The notes: a model not told the origin generated them from the letters alone. 46,485 nucleotides of DNA from Bdellovibrionota bacterium FG-2 (GCA_051382305.1 JBBCAV010000040.1:1-46485), one strand, 5' to 3'. Positions 1 through 8,522 are shown, counted from the first letter of the stretch. Program-made: numbers and translations.

Positions 1-111
1 CAGCTCTTTCCTGAGCTTGAAATACAGCACTTTTCGTCTGCATTTCGGGATGAAAGTCACATGGTATTTGCATTCCCACCGCGTGTGGCTTAATGATTCT
101 GACTCGTTCAT
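1..111 (-). CDS. tnpA: IS200/IS605-family Y1 transposase, N-terminal 37 aa (runs off the left edge of the window)
   Basis: Not in the ORF track. Reverse complement of 111..1 reads MNESESLSHTRWECKYHVTFIPKCRRKVLYFKLRKEL, the typical IS200 TnpA N-terminus (SLSHxxWxCKYHxxFxPKxRRK). SD-like AGAAAGGAA at 121-129. Confidence 0.93.
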   Translation of the reverse strand, partial: MNESESLSHTRWECKYHVTFIPKCRRKVLYFKLRKEL

Positions 112-225
112 AAATTGGGTTTCCTTTCTGTGTAACTTTGAGCGGTTCACAGTTAGGAGACCCATTCATAGAACGTCTCCGGCAAAAGTCAAACTCCAGG
201 AGTCCCCCAGTATACCTGGGGGATT
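1..225 (-). mobile_element. IS200-family element, left end (partial)
   Basis: tnpA start plus subterminal hairpin TCCCCCAG-TATAC-CTGGGGGA at 203-223, as expected for IS200/IS605 ends. Exact boundary uncertain. Confidence 0.8.
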
Positions 226-470
226 AGCGATTTTATTTATTTACCCGAAGACGGATCCAGCGGTTTGTTGATGAGTTCCGGAAAAAGAGTGGACAACTTC
301 CCACGCTTCAAGACTGCGAGAGAGAAGGACTTACTCGCGAGCAAATCAAGGCGTCCATAAAAGACAAAGTGATCGAGCAGTTTTATGTGACCCTTAGCAA
401 TGGGACCATCATGAAGGGCTACAAAATCAAGTAGCAATTTCTAATATTTCAAGTGACACTATTGACTAAT

Positions 471-1133
471 GTGCGCCAAGCAAAGCTTGAAACAACCAGT
501 GGGTGCGGAAGCCGGTCGGGAGATCACTCTTCCTAGTCTCACCCCGGGAAACACCATAGAGTCCGGGTATCATAGCTGGCGTTCATCACCGCGAGGTGCT
601 GGACGAAGCCCAGTGCGAAACGATGTAGGCCGTAATGCCTTAAGTGGCGTGAAGGTATCGAGCCCCGTTAAACATAACGTTCCAGAGTGGCCGAGTAGGT
701 ATTTAACTGCGAAGGCAACACCCCTCATCTCGATGAGAGGCACTCTCGGGGTCCAAGTCCATGGCATGTATCGAAGGCTGTCTCAGGAACTTGGGAGATC
801 TTCAATGGATCGAGCTTTTAAAAGCTCGTCCCAACGAGCAAGGACCAATGACCAAGTTCGCCAGGATTCGACATTGAAGAAGTCAGACTGGTTCGTAGTA
901 GCATCGAAGCGGAGTAATGTCCGTGGAGCCAAGGGACCAGCAGGGCTTGGGCTCTCGGCGCCTCCCTCCCGGGGGTGTGTTTCAATACACGCCAACCAAC
1001 CCGGCACGAGGAGCGTCGTGCATAACTCCTTCGGGAGCAACCAAGAACTGAGGAGCCCGTTGCCTAAATTGGGCACGGCGGGTTCTGCGAGGGGCCTACC
1101 CTCTTTCGAAAGATTAGGGCAGGTCTACTCTAT
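471..1133 (+). ncRNA. Group II intron, ORF-less (no intron-encoded RT), inserted within a start codon
   Basis: 5' GTGCG at 471. DI basal stem CCAAG(476-480)/CTTGG(790-794). DII GATCTTCAATG(797-807)/CATTGAAGAAGTC(872-884). J2/3 AGA(885-887). DIII CTGGTTC(888-894)...GGACCAG(934-940). DIV only ~110 nt (941-1050). DV GAGCCCGTTGCCTAAATTGGGCACGGCGGGTTC (1053-1085) with AGC triad and AC bulge. DVI with bulged A1127, the 7th nt from the 3' end ...CTACTCTAT(1133). gamma A885 matches terminal U. Confidence 0.93.
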
Positions 1134-1503
1134 GAACCTCACCGATGAACTTATTTTGCTGGGACAGATGGATTTAGCCGAAGCTAAACGAATTCGCTCG
1201 ATCCTTGAGGATCAAGGGGTGGTCTTCCAACTTCGCACCGAGGTGGAGGCTTGTAACTCAAAGGGCTGTAAACCTACGGCGCAGGTTTATACCCGGGATG
1301 CGGACCTACCGGTGATTCGAGAGTTTTTTGAAAAAGAACACGTCAGATCTTTGGCGGGCCTTGAGGTCAACCACGAGCTGCAAAACGCCGTTTTTGATTC
1401 CGAAAAATCAGAAGCCACTTGCCCGGCCTGCGGGACGGTGTTTTCGACTCTGAAGACCGAATGTCCGGATTGCGGGCTTTGTTTTGGGGGACCCACGGGG
1501 TAG
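1132..1503 (+). CDS. 123-aa hypothetical protein with C-terminal zinc ribbon (CPACG...CPDCG); host gene of the intron (spliced start = AT 469-470 + G 1134)
   Basis: The C-terminal third of ORF 469..1503 is protein-like (MNLTDELILLGQ...CPACGTVFSTLKTECPDCGLCFG); the first 221 codons are intron RNA. Confidence 0.8.
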   Translation: MNLTDELILLGQMDLAEAKRIRSILEDQGVVFQLRTEVEACNSKGCKPTAQVYTRDADLPVIREFFEKEHVRSLAGLEVNHELQNAVFDSEKSEATCPACGTVFSTLKTECPDCGLCFGGPTG

Positions 1504-1613
1504 ATGTGGCGGCCCGCTCACCTCTCCGGAGAGGGTGCGACGCATCAAAAACCAAACCAAGCAGCTCTCTTCATGAGTGACACCTTCGGTTATTGCTATA
1601 CCCGACACGCCCC

Positions 1614-1751
1614 TCACGCTCGTCTTAAGTAGAACTCGACCAGATTTGCTAGAAGAATCAAAACCTTGACCAAGACTAAGAGACGCCAAGATTTTAACTT
1701 AAGTTTTGCTAGCGCGATCCGATGGACATAATAGCTGGTATTATGCTTCAT
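1614..1751 (-). CDS. 45-aa basic, hydrophobic single-TM peptide; candidate type I toxin
   Basis: Very strong SD AAGGAGGTGAT before ATG at 1751. Sequence MKHNTSYYVHRIALAKLKLKSWRLLVLVKVLILLANLVEFYLRRA. Confidence 0.65.
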   Translation of the reverse strand: MKHNTSYYVHRIALAKLKLKSWRLLVLVKVLILLANLVEFYLRRA

Positions 1752-1827
1752 AAGATCACCTCCTTTCTTTTTACGAAGAAGGGAAGTGGTTCCATCCACT
1801 CTGCTTGGTTTTGCGGAGGCTGCTAGC

Positions 1828-1844
1828 AGCAAAATCGATACCAA
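1828..1844 (-). promoter_or_regulatory. Putative sigma54 (-24/-12) promoter for the small peptide gene
   Basis: Minus strand TTGGTATCGATTTTGCT: GG-N10-GC spacing with TTGC. Confidence 0.55.
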
Positions 1845-1908
1845 AATCTACAGCAACATACTGGCCAAATTCTACTCAACTCGTGCCTAAAAAGAGCCGA
1901 AACGCTGA

Positions 1909-4830
1909 TTGAAGGATATAAATCGTCTGTTGAAGTCTCTTTGGATTTTTGCATTGCTTGCTCTCGTGCTTGGCCCCCCCCAGGGAGTTGCACAAGTCAC
2001 TTACCTCGGTCCTGCGGATCGCTCAGGGCAGTACGCACAATTTGGGCTCACCAAGAAATTCAATGACCGCGTCGAAAAAGAAGCTCAAGAGTGCTTCGAT
2101 TCAAGCACCCCCGTACCTTGCTTTGATGGACTTCTCGCGGCGACCGCGCGCAAATCCAGACAGGAATACCGATCCGCCCTGACCCATGTCGATCCTCTGT
2201 TTCGCTCAGCCGTCAATCAAGTCTGCCCCGGGCAATCCATCGAAGCTTCATTTTGCGCAAAATATGCGCTGGAGATGCTTCTCGAAGATACCTCCACTGC
2301 ATTGCGAGATTTAGATCAACACCCGCCCAAAGACGTCCAGGCGGCTCTTATGCGCGACAAAATGTCTTTAGGCATTTTGATAGAAAAACAGTGCCGACCA
2401 TTTTCCGACAGTTGCTTTCGTAAAGAGCTGGACAAACTCGCGGGAAAAATTCATGCAGCCCGAAAACACATGGGAGTGTTCACACAAAAAGTGGCTAAGT
2501 ATTCAATCCTAACCCGCCACTGTATGCAAAAGTTTAGTGCCGACATCTGCACCGAGGGCGATCGCTATCTCTATCCATTAATGGAGGACTCGATCCCCTA
2601 CAATCCAAGAGCGGTACCCAAACCATCTGGAGATTCTGCCGGCACCGGCAAAGCCACCGCAGCTGGCACGGGAAACGGAACTGGCGAAAAAGGTGATTTT
2701 CTTTCAGCCTGCATTTCCTCCTTCGATGACACTCCTCATGCGGATCAATTTGATGACCACTTTTGCAAACACTCCAGTGATATCAAGAACGCGTTTTCCA
2801 AAGAAGTAGAATTGATTCGAAACATAGGCAAACTCTCCGCCCTCCGCTATTTTGCCCATCTGCGTGAGGAGGCCTATCGTAGATTCTTAGAATCCTACTA
2901 TAGAGTTTTGGGACAAATCCCCTCTCCTACTCCGCCGTCATGCAGAGCTTTTCCTGAGATTCTTTCTGAATTTAAGAAAAATGCTCCACTAAATCCCTCG
3001 CAAGGAACTGAGCCCTCGCCCGAACTTGACCAGGCCGCAGGCCAAATCGAACAATGGTCCACTGAGGCGCGCAATCTTTCGAAGGTCTGGGGCACCGCCT
3101 ACCTAGTGGATTCAGTGAACTATAAGAGAATTCAGCAAAGAATTGGCCAGCTTGAATCCATGATTCTGCAACGGTTAGACGACTACCCCACCCTCGCTGC
3201 AGCCCATCCCCCACGACTTCGTGTCTTCGAAGAAGGGGGACTGCCCTACTTGCGTCCTCTCACGGATTCAAAGTACTCGTATCGCGAAAAAAAGCAGATC
3301 CTAGAAAAAGCTCAAAAGATTGTCGCACGCGATTTAACCGCAACGATGGAGAAGTTTTGCAATTCAAACCCTGACACTGGCGGAGCGAGCTGGACGGATC
3401 TCATTCAAATAGAGGCGCTTACAAGTTCGGCTTTATACAAAAACCCCGTCTATCAAGGGTTTCATGATTGTGCGCTCAAGCGCTTAGAGAAGCGTGACAA
3501 CTTTATTGCGAACAATAAGATTTTTATCACCGCGGGCTGTGCCGTAGGAACCGTGATCACAGAAGGCCTACTGGCGCTGGCTTGTACTCCCGCTTTGGTT
3601 GGCGTAGCAGGCCAGGACTATCTTCAAGCCAGAGAAAAGCAAGCTTGGGTAAACCGCTGCCGAGCCGGAGGCGGCTCCGTTTGCAATGAAACGGAATGGA
3701 AAAAAGCTTATGACGAATTCAACGCCGCATCTTCGGAGCTCGCCCTTGCCGTTGCAACGGCCCCCTTAGATGCCCTCGGCGGAGTGAAGGCCGTAAAGAT
3801 CTTTTCGCGTGCAAATTTTCGAAATTCCGCAATAAAGCTGCTGCGCGAATCCGCGGAAGTTCTATCACCGGCTGAAATGCTCGAGTTTAGCGCAAAACTA
3901 AGGACGGCCCACACGGTTGAAGAAATGGACACGGCCCTTCAGGCCCTGCGCGCTCGCACGTCTCAAACCTCAGTACGAAAAATTGGCAGCGGCGCTGTTA
4001 CGCGGGTTTCAGCTGATGCTGATCTTGCGACGGATCCCGTATTGTTTCAAAAAGCGAGTAAGAAGCTCGAAAAATTGGTCGGTGAAACTGCTGGCACCGG
4101 CCCAAAGACTTTGCATCTTTCATCTCGAGTTCAGGACACTACTGCGGATGTGAGGCAGCTTCAGCGCGCAACTTTTGATCGGGTCAAAGCACGGGCCCCT
4201 CCGGGGACACCTCAACAACAATTAGTAACTGAGGCTCGATCCGCTATTGAGGCGGACCCCCAATATCTAAAGGCGCAAGAAGCGGCAAGAAAAGCAAAGG
4301 CAGATTATCTCAATCATCTTGCCTCCAAACTAGGGGAGGACGCTGAAGTTAACCTCGCGTCATGGGATGACTTAGAAAAGAGTCTTGCAGCCCTTCCCAA
4401 AGAACCAATCCTCAAGTCAGCCACGCCAAAAGTGCTCAAGCGATTTGAAGCAGAGGATCTTGTATTTGATGCGGATGCCGCGAAGCCTGAGCGGATGGAT
4501 CCAAAGAAAATCCGGTTCATGCAAACGGATTGCAGAGACTTGAGCGCAGACGGCAAATATACCGTACTCAAAAACGCTGAGGCCTTAAAAAGTGGGGGTC
4601 TCAAGCCCGAGCATCTGCCCCCTATTCGCCTTTGGCGAGATATAACCGGCCGAGTTTGGACGCTTGATCATCGACGCCTCTCCGCTTATCGTTTAGCGGG
4701 ATTGGATGACGTCCCTGTCGAGTGGGCCAGCAAGGACATTGTAGAATACGAACTTTTCAAGATGCAGACCAAGAACGATGGCCTTTCTATTATCTTGAAA
4801 ACAGATCATGGTAAGATCGAGGTTAAGTAA
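1909..4830 (+). CDS. Large Sec-secreted Cys-rich protein with C-terminal ParB/Srx-like domain; putative polymorphic toxin
   Basis: N-terminal signal peptide, many Cys, a hydrophobic Gly/Ala segment (IFITAGCAVGTVITEGLLALACTPALVGVAG), and C-terminal MDPKKIRFMQ...PPIRLW...VWTLDHRRLSAYRLAGLDDVPVEW, a ParB-like toxin-tip pattern. Confidence 0.75.
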   Translation: MKDINRLLKSLWIFALLALVLGPPQGVAQVTYLGPADRSGQYAQFGLTKKFNDRVEKEAQECFDSSTPVPCFDGLLAATARKSRQEYRSALTHVDPLFRSAVNQVCPGQSIEASFCAKYALEMLLEDTSTALRDLDQHPPKDVQAALMRDKMSLGILIEKQCRPFSDSCFRKELDKLAGKIHAARKHMGVFTQKVAKYSILTRHCMQKFSADICTEGDRYLYPLMEDSIPYNPRAVPKPSGDSAGTGKATAAGTGNGTGEKGDFLSACISSFDDTPHADQFDDHFCKHSSDIKNAFSKEVELIRNIGKLSALRYFAHLREEAYRRFLESYYRVLGQIPSPTPPSCRAFPEILSEFKKNAPLNPSQGTEPSPELDQAAGQIEQWSTEARNLSKVWGTAYLVDSVNYKRIQQRIGQLESMILQRLDDYPTLAAAHPPRLRVFEEGGLPYLRPLTDSKYSYREKKQILEKAQKIVARDLTATMEKFCNSNPDTGGASWTDLIQIEALTSSALYKNPVYQGFHDCALKRLEKRDNFIANNKIFITAGCAVGTVITEGLLALACTPALVGVAGQDYLQAREKQAWVNRCRAGGGSVCNETEWKKAYDEFNAASSELALAVATAPLDALGGVKAVKIFSRANFRNSAIKLLRESAEVLSPAEMLEFSAKLRTAHTVEEMDTALQALRARTSQTSVRKIGSGAVTRVSADADLATDPVLFQKASKKLEKLVGETAGTGPKTLHLSSRVQDTTADVRQLQRATFDRVKARAPPGTPQQQLVTEARSAIEADPQYLKAQEAARKAKADYLNHLASKLGEDAEVNLASWDDLEKSLAALPKEPILKSATPKVLKRFEAEDLVFDADAAKPERMDPKKIRFMQTDCRDLSADGKYTVLKNAEALKSGGLKPEHLPPIRLWRDITGRVWTLDHRRLSAYRLAGLDDVPVEWASKDIVEYELFKMQTKNDGLSIILKTDHGKIEVK

Positions 4831-4832
4831 CA

Positions 4833-5216
4833 ATGGCAAACGTTAAGCGAGTATTTGAAGGCACGAACTTCGATGATACACCCCAAGAATTCGCTTCGTT
4901 TGATTCAAACCACAAAGTTCTTCGTTTCGACGTTGACACACGCGATGACGGAAGAAAGACCCTCGAATTTTCCGAAGCAATAGGATTCCAATATCAGCCT
5001 TCGGCTATGGTCGATCGATCAGAATACTTTGTTGGTGGTGAATATGTAAACACCGTTCTCGAGGTTGAAGGATCCGATTGGATCGCATCGTTGCACTCTT
5101 TTCAAGAACGTCTTATGGAACCTATTTCAACCTCAATTCGTCATTTCATATTATTGAGTGATGATGGCGTGTGGCAGATACTTGCCTCCAATTGCTACCC
5201 CCTCACCGCCCCCTGA
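4833..5216 (+). CDS. Putative immunity protein
   Basis: Small acidic cytoplasmic ORF starting 2 nt after the toxin stop; C-terminal RHFILLSDDGVWQILA pattern. Confidence 0.6.
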   Translation: MANVKRVFEGTNFDDTPQEFASFDSNHKVLRFDVDTRDDGRKTLEFSEAIGFQYQPSAMVDRSEYFVGGEYVNTVLEVEGSDWIASLHSFQERLMEPISTSIRHFILLSDDGVWQILASNCYPLTAP

Positions 5217-5818
5217 ATCCTCCTCCTCAACACCAAACTCTCGGCCCCCACAAAAACAATAAAACTCACGGTAAAACCCACGCCTTTAAGCATCGCCCAA
5301 ACGGCCGTCGTTGCGTAGAGTGCCGCCCAGGTCGCCACAACGGCGTGCAACCACAAAAACACCCCGATGCGAATACACATCCATCTCATCGACCTCTTCA
5401 TCAGCGGAACCACGACGGTTTGAAGGTGCAGCGGAAACTGCTGAAACAGACCCTGCTTTTCAGCAAGCGCCAAAAGCAAAGGACGCCCAAGCACAACCGA
5501 GCCAAAAAGAACGCCTCCCATCACGGCCTCCAAAATCGCGGGCTGAAGTTTAAACCACAGTCCTTCTTTCGTGAACAAAGAGACCGCGCCCAAAAGGAGA
5601 AGCATCCCATTGCCGCCCCAAGTGATCGCGTCTACTCGCCTCTGTGATAGCCATTCCCAAATGATCTCGCCCACGCCAAAAATCATCCCCGCTGCCAAGC
5701 CAGCAAGCGTGCCATAGACTTCTTCGATCACGGTAAAGGCGACGACGGGAAGCACTCCGCCTAGCAAAAGCATCCGAATTTGCGACTTGGGATTCAGTTG
5801 GGGATTCATGTAGGTCAA
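5195..5818 (-). CDS. yciB: Inner-membrane protein, YciB/IspA (intracellular septation A) family
   Basis: Multi-TM protein with LLLGAVSLF...WFKLQPAILE and W..K..G motifs. Confidence 0.7.
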   Translation of the reverse strand: MTYMNPQLNPKSQIRMLLLGGVLPVVAFTVIEEVYGTLAGLAAGMIFGVGEIIWEWLSQRRVDAITWGGNGMLLLLGAVSLFTKEGLWFKLQPAILEAVMGGVLFGSVVLGRPLLLALAEKQGLFQQFPLHLQTVVVPLMKRSMRWMCIRIGVFLWLHAVVATWAALYATTAVWAMLKGVGFTVSFIVFVGAESLVLRRRIQGAVRG

Positions 5819-5866
5819 TCTACCGCAAACGCCCTAAAGTGGCACAGCGTTTGTTTAGTCAAGCTC

Positions 5867-6562
5867 ATGAATTTCACACCCGCACCCCCTACCGAATCCT
5901 TGAGCCTAAGCGAATGTCTTTATGCCTTACTGGGTACCGAAAAGCTCACTCGTCAGCTCCTAAAGCGCCTCGGCGCCGATCTTCCCGAAGCAGAAAAACA
6001 CCGCGCATTTTTTCAAGCGTTGGACCTATCTCACGACGCTATCCTCACCGATCTTCCCGGCCTCAGTGACGCCGCTAAAACCAGACTCCTGTGTGCCTTT
6101 GAACTCTCAAAGCGATATCTTCTTTTCCGAAGCCTCAGAAATCACGAACAAACTCAGCCCTCTTTAGAAAAGGGCTCGCTCCCCAACCCCCAAGAAGCCC
6201 TCAAACGGATTCCCCTATTTTTGCGACATTCCCCCAAGGAGTGGCTGGGTTTTGTTCCCCAATATTCCCGCCGAAACCTGGGCGAATTCTGCCTCGTTGA
6301 GCGGGGAGTAAAGACCCACATCAACATTGATCCCGCTGAACTCTTTGCTCGTCTTCTGAGCCTAAGGCCTCAAGCATTTTATCTATTTCACAACCACCCC
6401 TCGGGAGCCCTTGCTCCTTCATTTGAAGATCAGCGACTTACTGAACAAGTCCGACAAACAGCCGCTTTGTTCGGAATCAAGCTCCTCGGTCACGCCATCA
6501 TCGCTGCAAGCGACGCGCATTTTATCCAGAGTCAGGAACTCCCGAAACTAACACTCGCTTAA
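5867..6562 (+). CDS. radC: RadC-like JAB-domain protein
   Basis: HhH-like PGLSDAAKTRLLCAFELSKR; JAB motif E...HNHPSG...PS..D; LLGH. Start moved to ATG 5867. Confidence 0.85.
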   Translation: MNFTPAPPTESLSLSECLYALLGTEKLTRQLLKRLGADLPEAEKHRAFFQALDLSHDAILTDLPGLSDAAKTRLLCAFELSKRYLLFRSLRNHEQTQPSLEKGSLPNPQEALKRIPLFLRHSPKEWLGFVPQYSRRNLGEFCLVERGVKTHINIDPAELFARLLSLRPQAFYLFHNHPSGALAPSFEDQRLTEQVRQTAALFGIKLLGHAIIAASDAHFIQSQELPKLTLA

Positions 6563-6594
6563 AGGGCCCAATCAGGCTAAATAGAAGCCTCACT

Positions 6595-7200
6595 ATGACC
6601 ACCACTCACGAAGTACCGCTGCCGAACCGCCTACAAGTCTTGATCCTGCAACATCCGCAAGAGCCGGACAAAGAAATCGGCACCGCAAAACTTGCACAGG
6701 AGCATTTGGCGAAGGCAACTCTCCGCATCGGACTTTCTTGGCCTAATCTTTCTAAGGCAGTCGGGGCGACCTCAATCGCAAAGGAGTGGGCAATCGTCTA
6801 TTTGGGTAGTGGTGCGCAGCTCCCTGAAGGAAAAGTATTTACCGCCCCGCTGATGTTTTGCGGAAAAAAGGGCGAGCCGCTTCCCTATGGCAAAAAACCG
6901 AAAGTCAGTGACCTCAAGGGCGTCATCATTTTAGACGGAACCTGGAGTCAGGCGAAAACCCTCTGGTGGAGAAACGCATGGCTTCTCAAATGCCATCGTA
7001 TTATTCTCAATCCAACCGCGCCTTCTCTTTATGGCAAGCTCCGTAAAGAGCCCCGGCGCGAATGTCTCTCGACGATCGAAAGCATTGCAGAAGTTCTCCA
7101 GGCACTCGGAGAACCCAAAGAAGTATCCGTCTCGTTAAAAGGTATTTTTTCAGAATTCCTGAAAGAGTTTCCAGAAAAGTTTAAGTCGAGCAAGCGATAA
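6595..7200 (+). CDS. DTW-domain tRNA-uridine aminocarboxypropyltransferase
   Basis: LILQHPQE...T, LDGTWSQAKTL, S.YG.LR.EP..CLSTIE motifs. Confidence 0.9.
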   Translation: MTTTHEVPLPNRLQVLILQHPQEPDKEIGTAKLAQEHLAKATLRIGLSWPNLSKAVGATSIAKEWAIVYLGSGAQLPEGKVFTAPLMFCGKKGEPLPYGKKPKVSDLKGVIILDGTWSQAKTLWWRNAWLLKCHRIILNPTAPSLYGKLRKEPRRECLSTIESIAEVLQALGEPKEVSVSLKGIFSEFLKEFPEKFKSSKR

Positions 7201-7215
7201 GGGGCGGTTCCGTCT

Positions 7216-7503
7216 CTAACGCCTGCGCTTCTTCTGAAGCATCTGCATAGCCGCGCGAAGCTGGGCTTCTTTTGACACATTTGAAGCGGCCCCACCGAGC
7301 GCGCCCCCCATACCTTGAAGTCCCCCAGGTACCTTTCCCATCATGCCCTGCATCTTTGATAGAGCATCTTGCATGTTCTTGGCCCCCGGGAACGCCATTT
7401 TTAACATCTGCTCAGAAGCAGATTTCAATTTCCAAAAAACAAAAATGTTTACCCCAGTCAAAACGAGAACAGATACCCAACTCACAATTATCCAAAATGT
7501 CAT
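7216..7503 (-). CDS. Small single-pass membrane protein, Met/Gly-rich
   Basis: N-terminal TM helix; SD-like AAAGGGA upstream. Confidence 0.7.
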   Translation of the reverse strand: MTFWIIVSWVSVLVLTGVNIFVFWKLKSASEQMLKMAFPGAKNMQDALSKMQGMMGKVPGGLQGMGGALGGAASNVSKEAQLRAAMQMLQKKRRR

Positions 7504-7564
7504 AATAGATCCCTTTTTACCCTCCTAGACTTACCTTGAATTTTCGGACTCCGCTACCCCTACT

Positions 7565-8404
7565 TTATGGCCACAAAACAGGAGGAGGATCAGTAGGTTT
7601 AACTAAGTTGCGCTCCCCCAGACAGATCATGCAAAACTTCTCCGGCACAATCACGGAACGGAGCGTCTTCTTAGTCGGATCAAAAAAGGGCGTTAGAACC
7701 CACGCAGCCAATTGCATCAACCATTCCTCATCAGTGGCGGGCATGGGTCTCAAGGGAAGCAAAATTTTCATTTTCATTTTAGCCATCGGCAGTCGCACCT
7801 CTGCCATTTGATTGGCCTCAACGTTGAGCCTTGCACTGTAGCATTGCAACTTCCCCTCTTCCGTACTCTGAAAAAATATTTCTCGGGGAACAGGAATACG
7901 CCCTAAAGTTTTTTTAACACAGTCCGGGCCCCCCTCGTCATCCTCAAGCACCAGCGCCGGTTCAAAACTTCGCTCAAGCAGATAATAGAGAGTATATTCA
8001 AGCGGTTTAGCTGGCATTTCATCAGTCTCAGAAACCTCAGGAGACGGCAAAGGTGAAGGTGAAGGTGAGGCAGTCACGAAGAGACTTGCCAAACACTTTT
8101 GGGCCTCGTCCCTCTTAATGTCCTTAAACAGTTCCTTCAGCGTTACACAATCGAGCTTCGCATTCGGAAGCGTGTCACTCGTATACCCTACTTCACCTTT
8201 TAGTGCCTTTGGAAACGCCCCACGAACGCCAGGCCGCCGCACACTGAGATTTTGGGCGACTAGTTTGTGAATTGAATGCTCATTTCTTTTTCGCTCAGCG
8301 CCACTTATCCCAGGCGTCGAACTCGAAACACAACCTGCCTGCAACAACAAGGCACCCCATACAAGACTCACAACCACAGTTCTCAACCGCGCACACTTTT
8401 GCAT
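7565..8404 (-). CDS. Hypothetical lipoprotein (start uncertain)
   Basis: Lipobox-like LLQAGC; long ORF. Confidence 0.65.
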   Translation of the reverse strand: MQKCARLRTVVVSLVWGALLLQAGCVSSSTPGISGAERKRNEHSIHKLVAQNLSVRRPGVRGAFPKALKGEVGYTSDTLPNAKLDCVTLKELFKDIKRDEAQKCLASLFVTASPSPSPLPSPEVSETDEMPAKPLEYTLYYLLERSFEPALVLEDDEGGPDCVKKTLGRIPVPREIFFQSTEEGKLQCYSARLNVEANQMAEVRLPMAKMKMKILLPLRPMPATDEEWLMQLAAWVLTPFFDPTKKTLRSVIVPEKFCMICLGERNLVKPTDPPPVLWP

Positions 8405-8443
8405 TCACACTTATCTTAGACCTTAAACAGTGCGCAAAACAAG

Positions 8444-8459
8444 CGGCACATGGATTGCA
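8444..8459 (+). promoter_or_regulatory. Putative sigma54 promoter
   Basis: CGGCAC-ATGGA-TTGCA (GG-N10-GC) about 65 nt upstream of ATG 8523. Confidence 0.6.
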
Positions 8460-8522
8460 CACCAGGCCGGACATCACGCCCCGCACATTTCCGGGGCTTT
8501 TACCCTTTTTAAGGAGGAACCT

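Noticed and set aside
17-437. ORFs 17..271 (+) and 237..437 (-)
   Set aside because: The first is antisense to tnpA and the IS end. The second has a TTG start directly after a stop, no SD and no recognisable motif; possibly a remnant but unsupported.
469-1131. N-terminal 221 aa of the 344-aa ORF as a conventional protein domain or intron-encoded RT
   Set aside because: No RT motifs (no YADD) and low-complexity composition; the region is fully explained as ribozyme structure. Its open frame is reported separately as a finding.
1755-1770. GATCACCTCCTTTCT, identical to the 3' end of 16S rRNA
   Set aside because: No upstream 16S sequence; it is the reverse complement of the strong SD of the minus-strand peptide gene.
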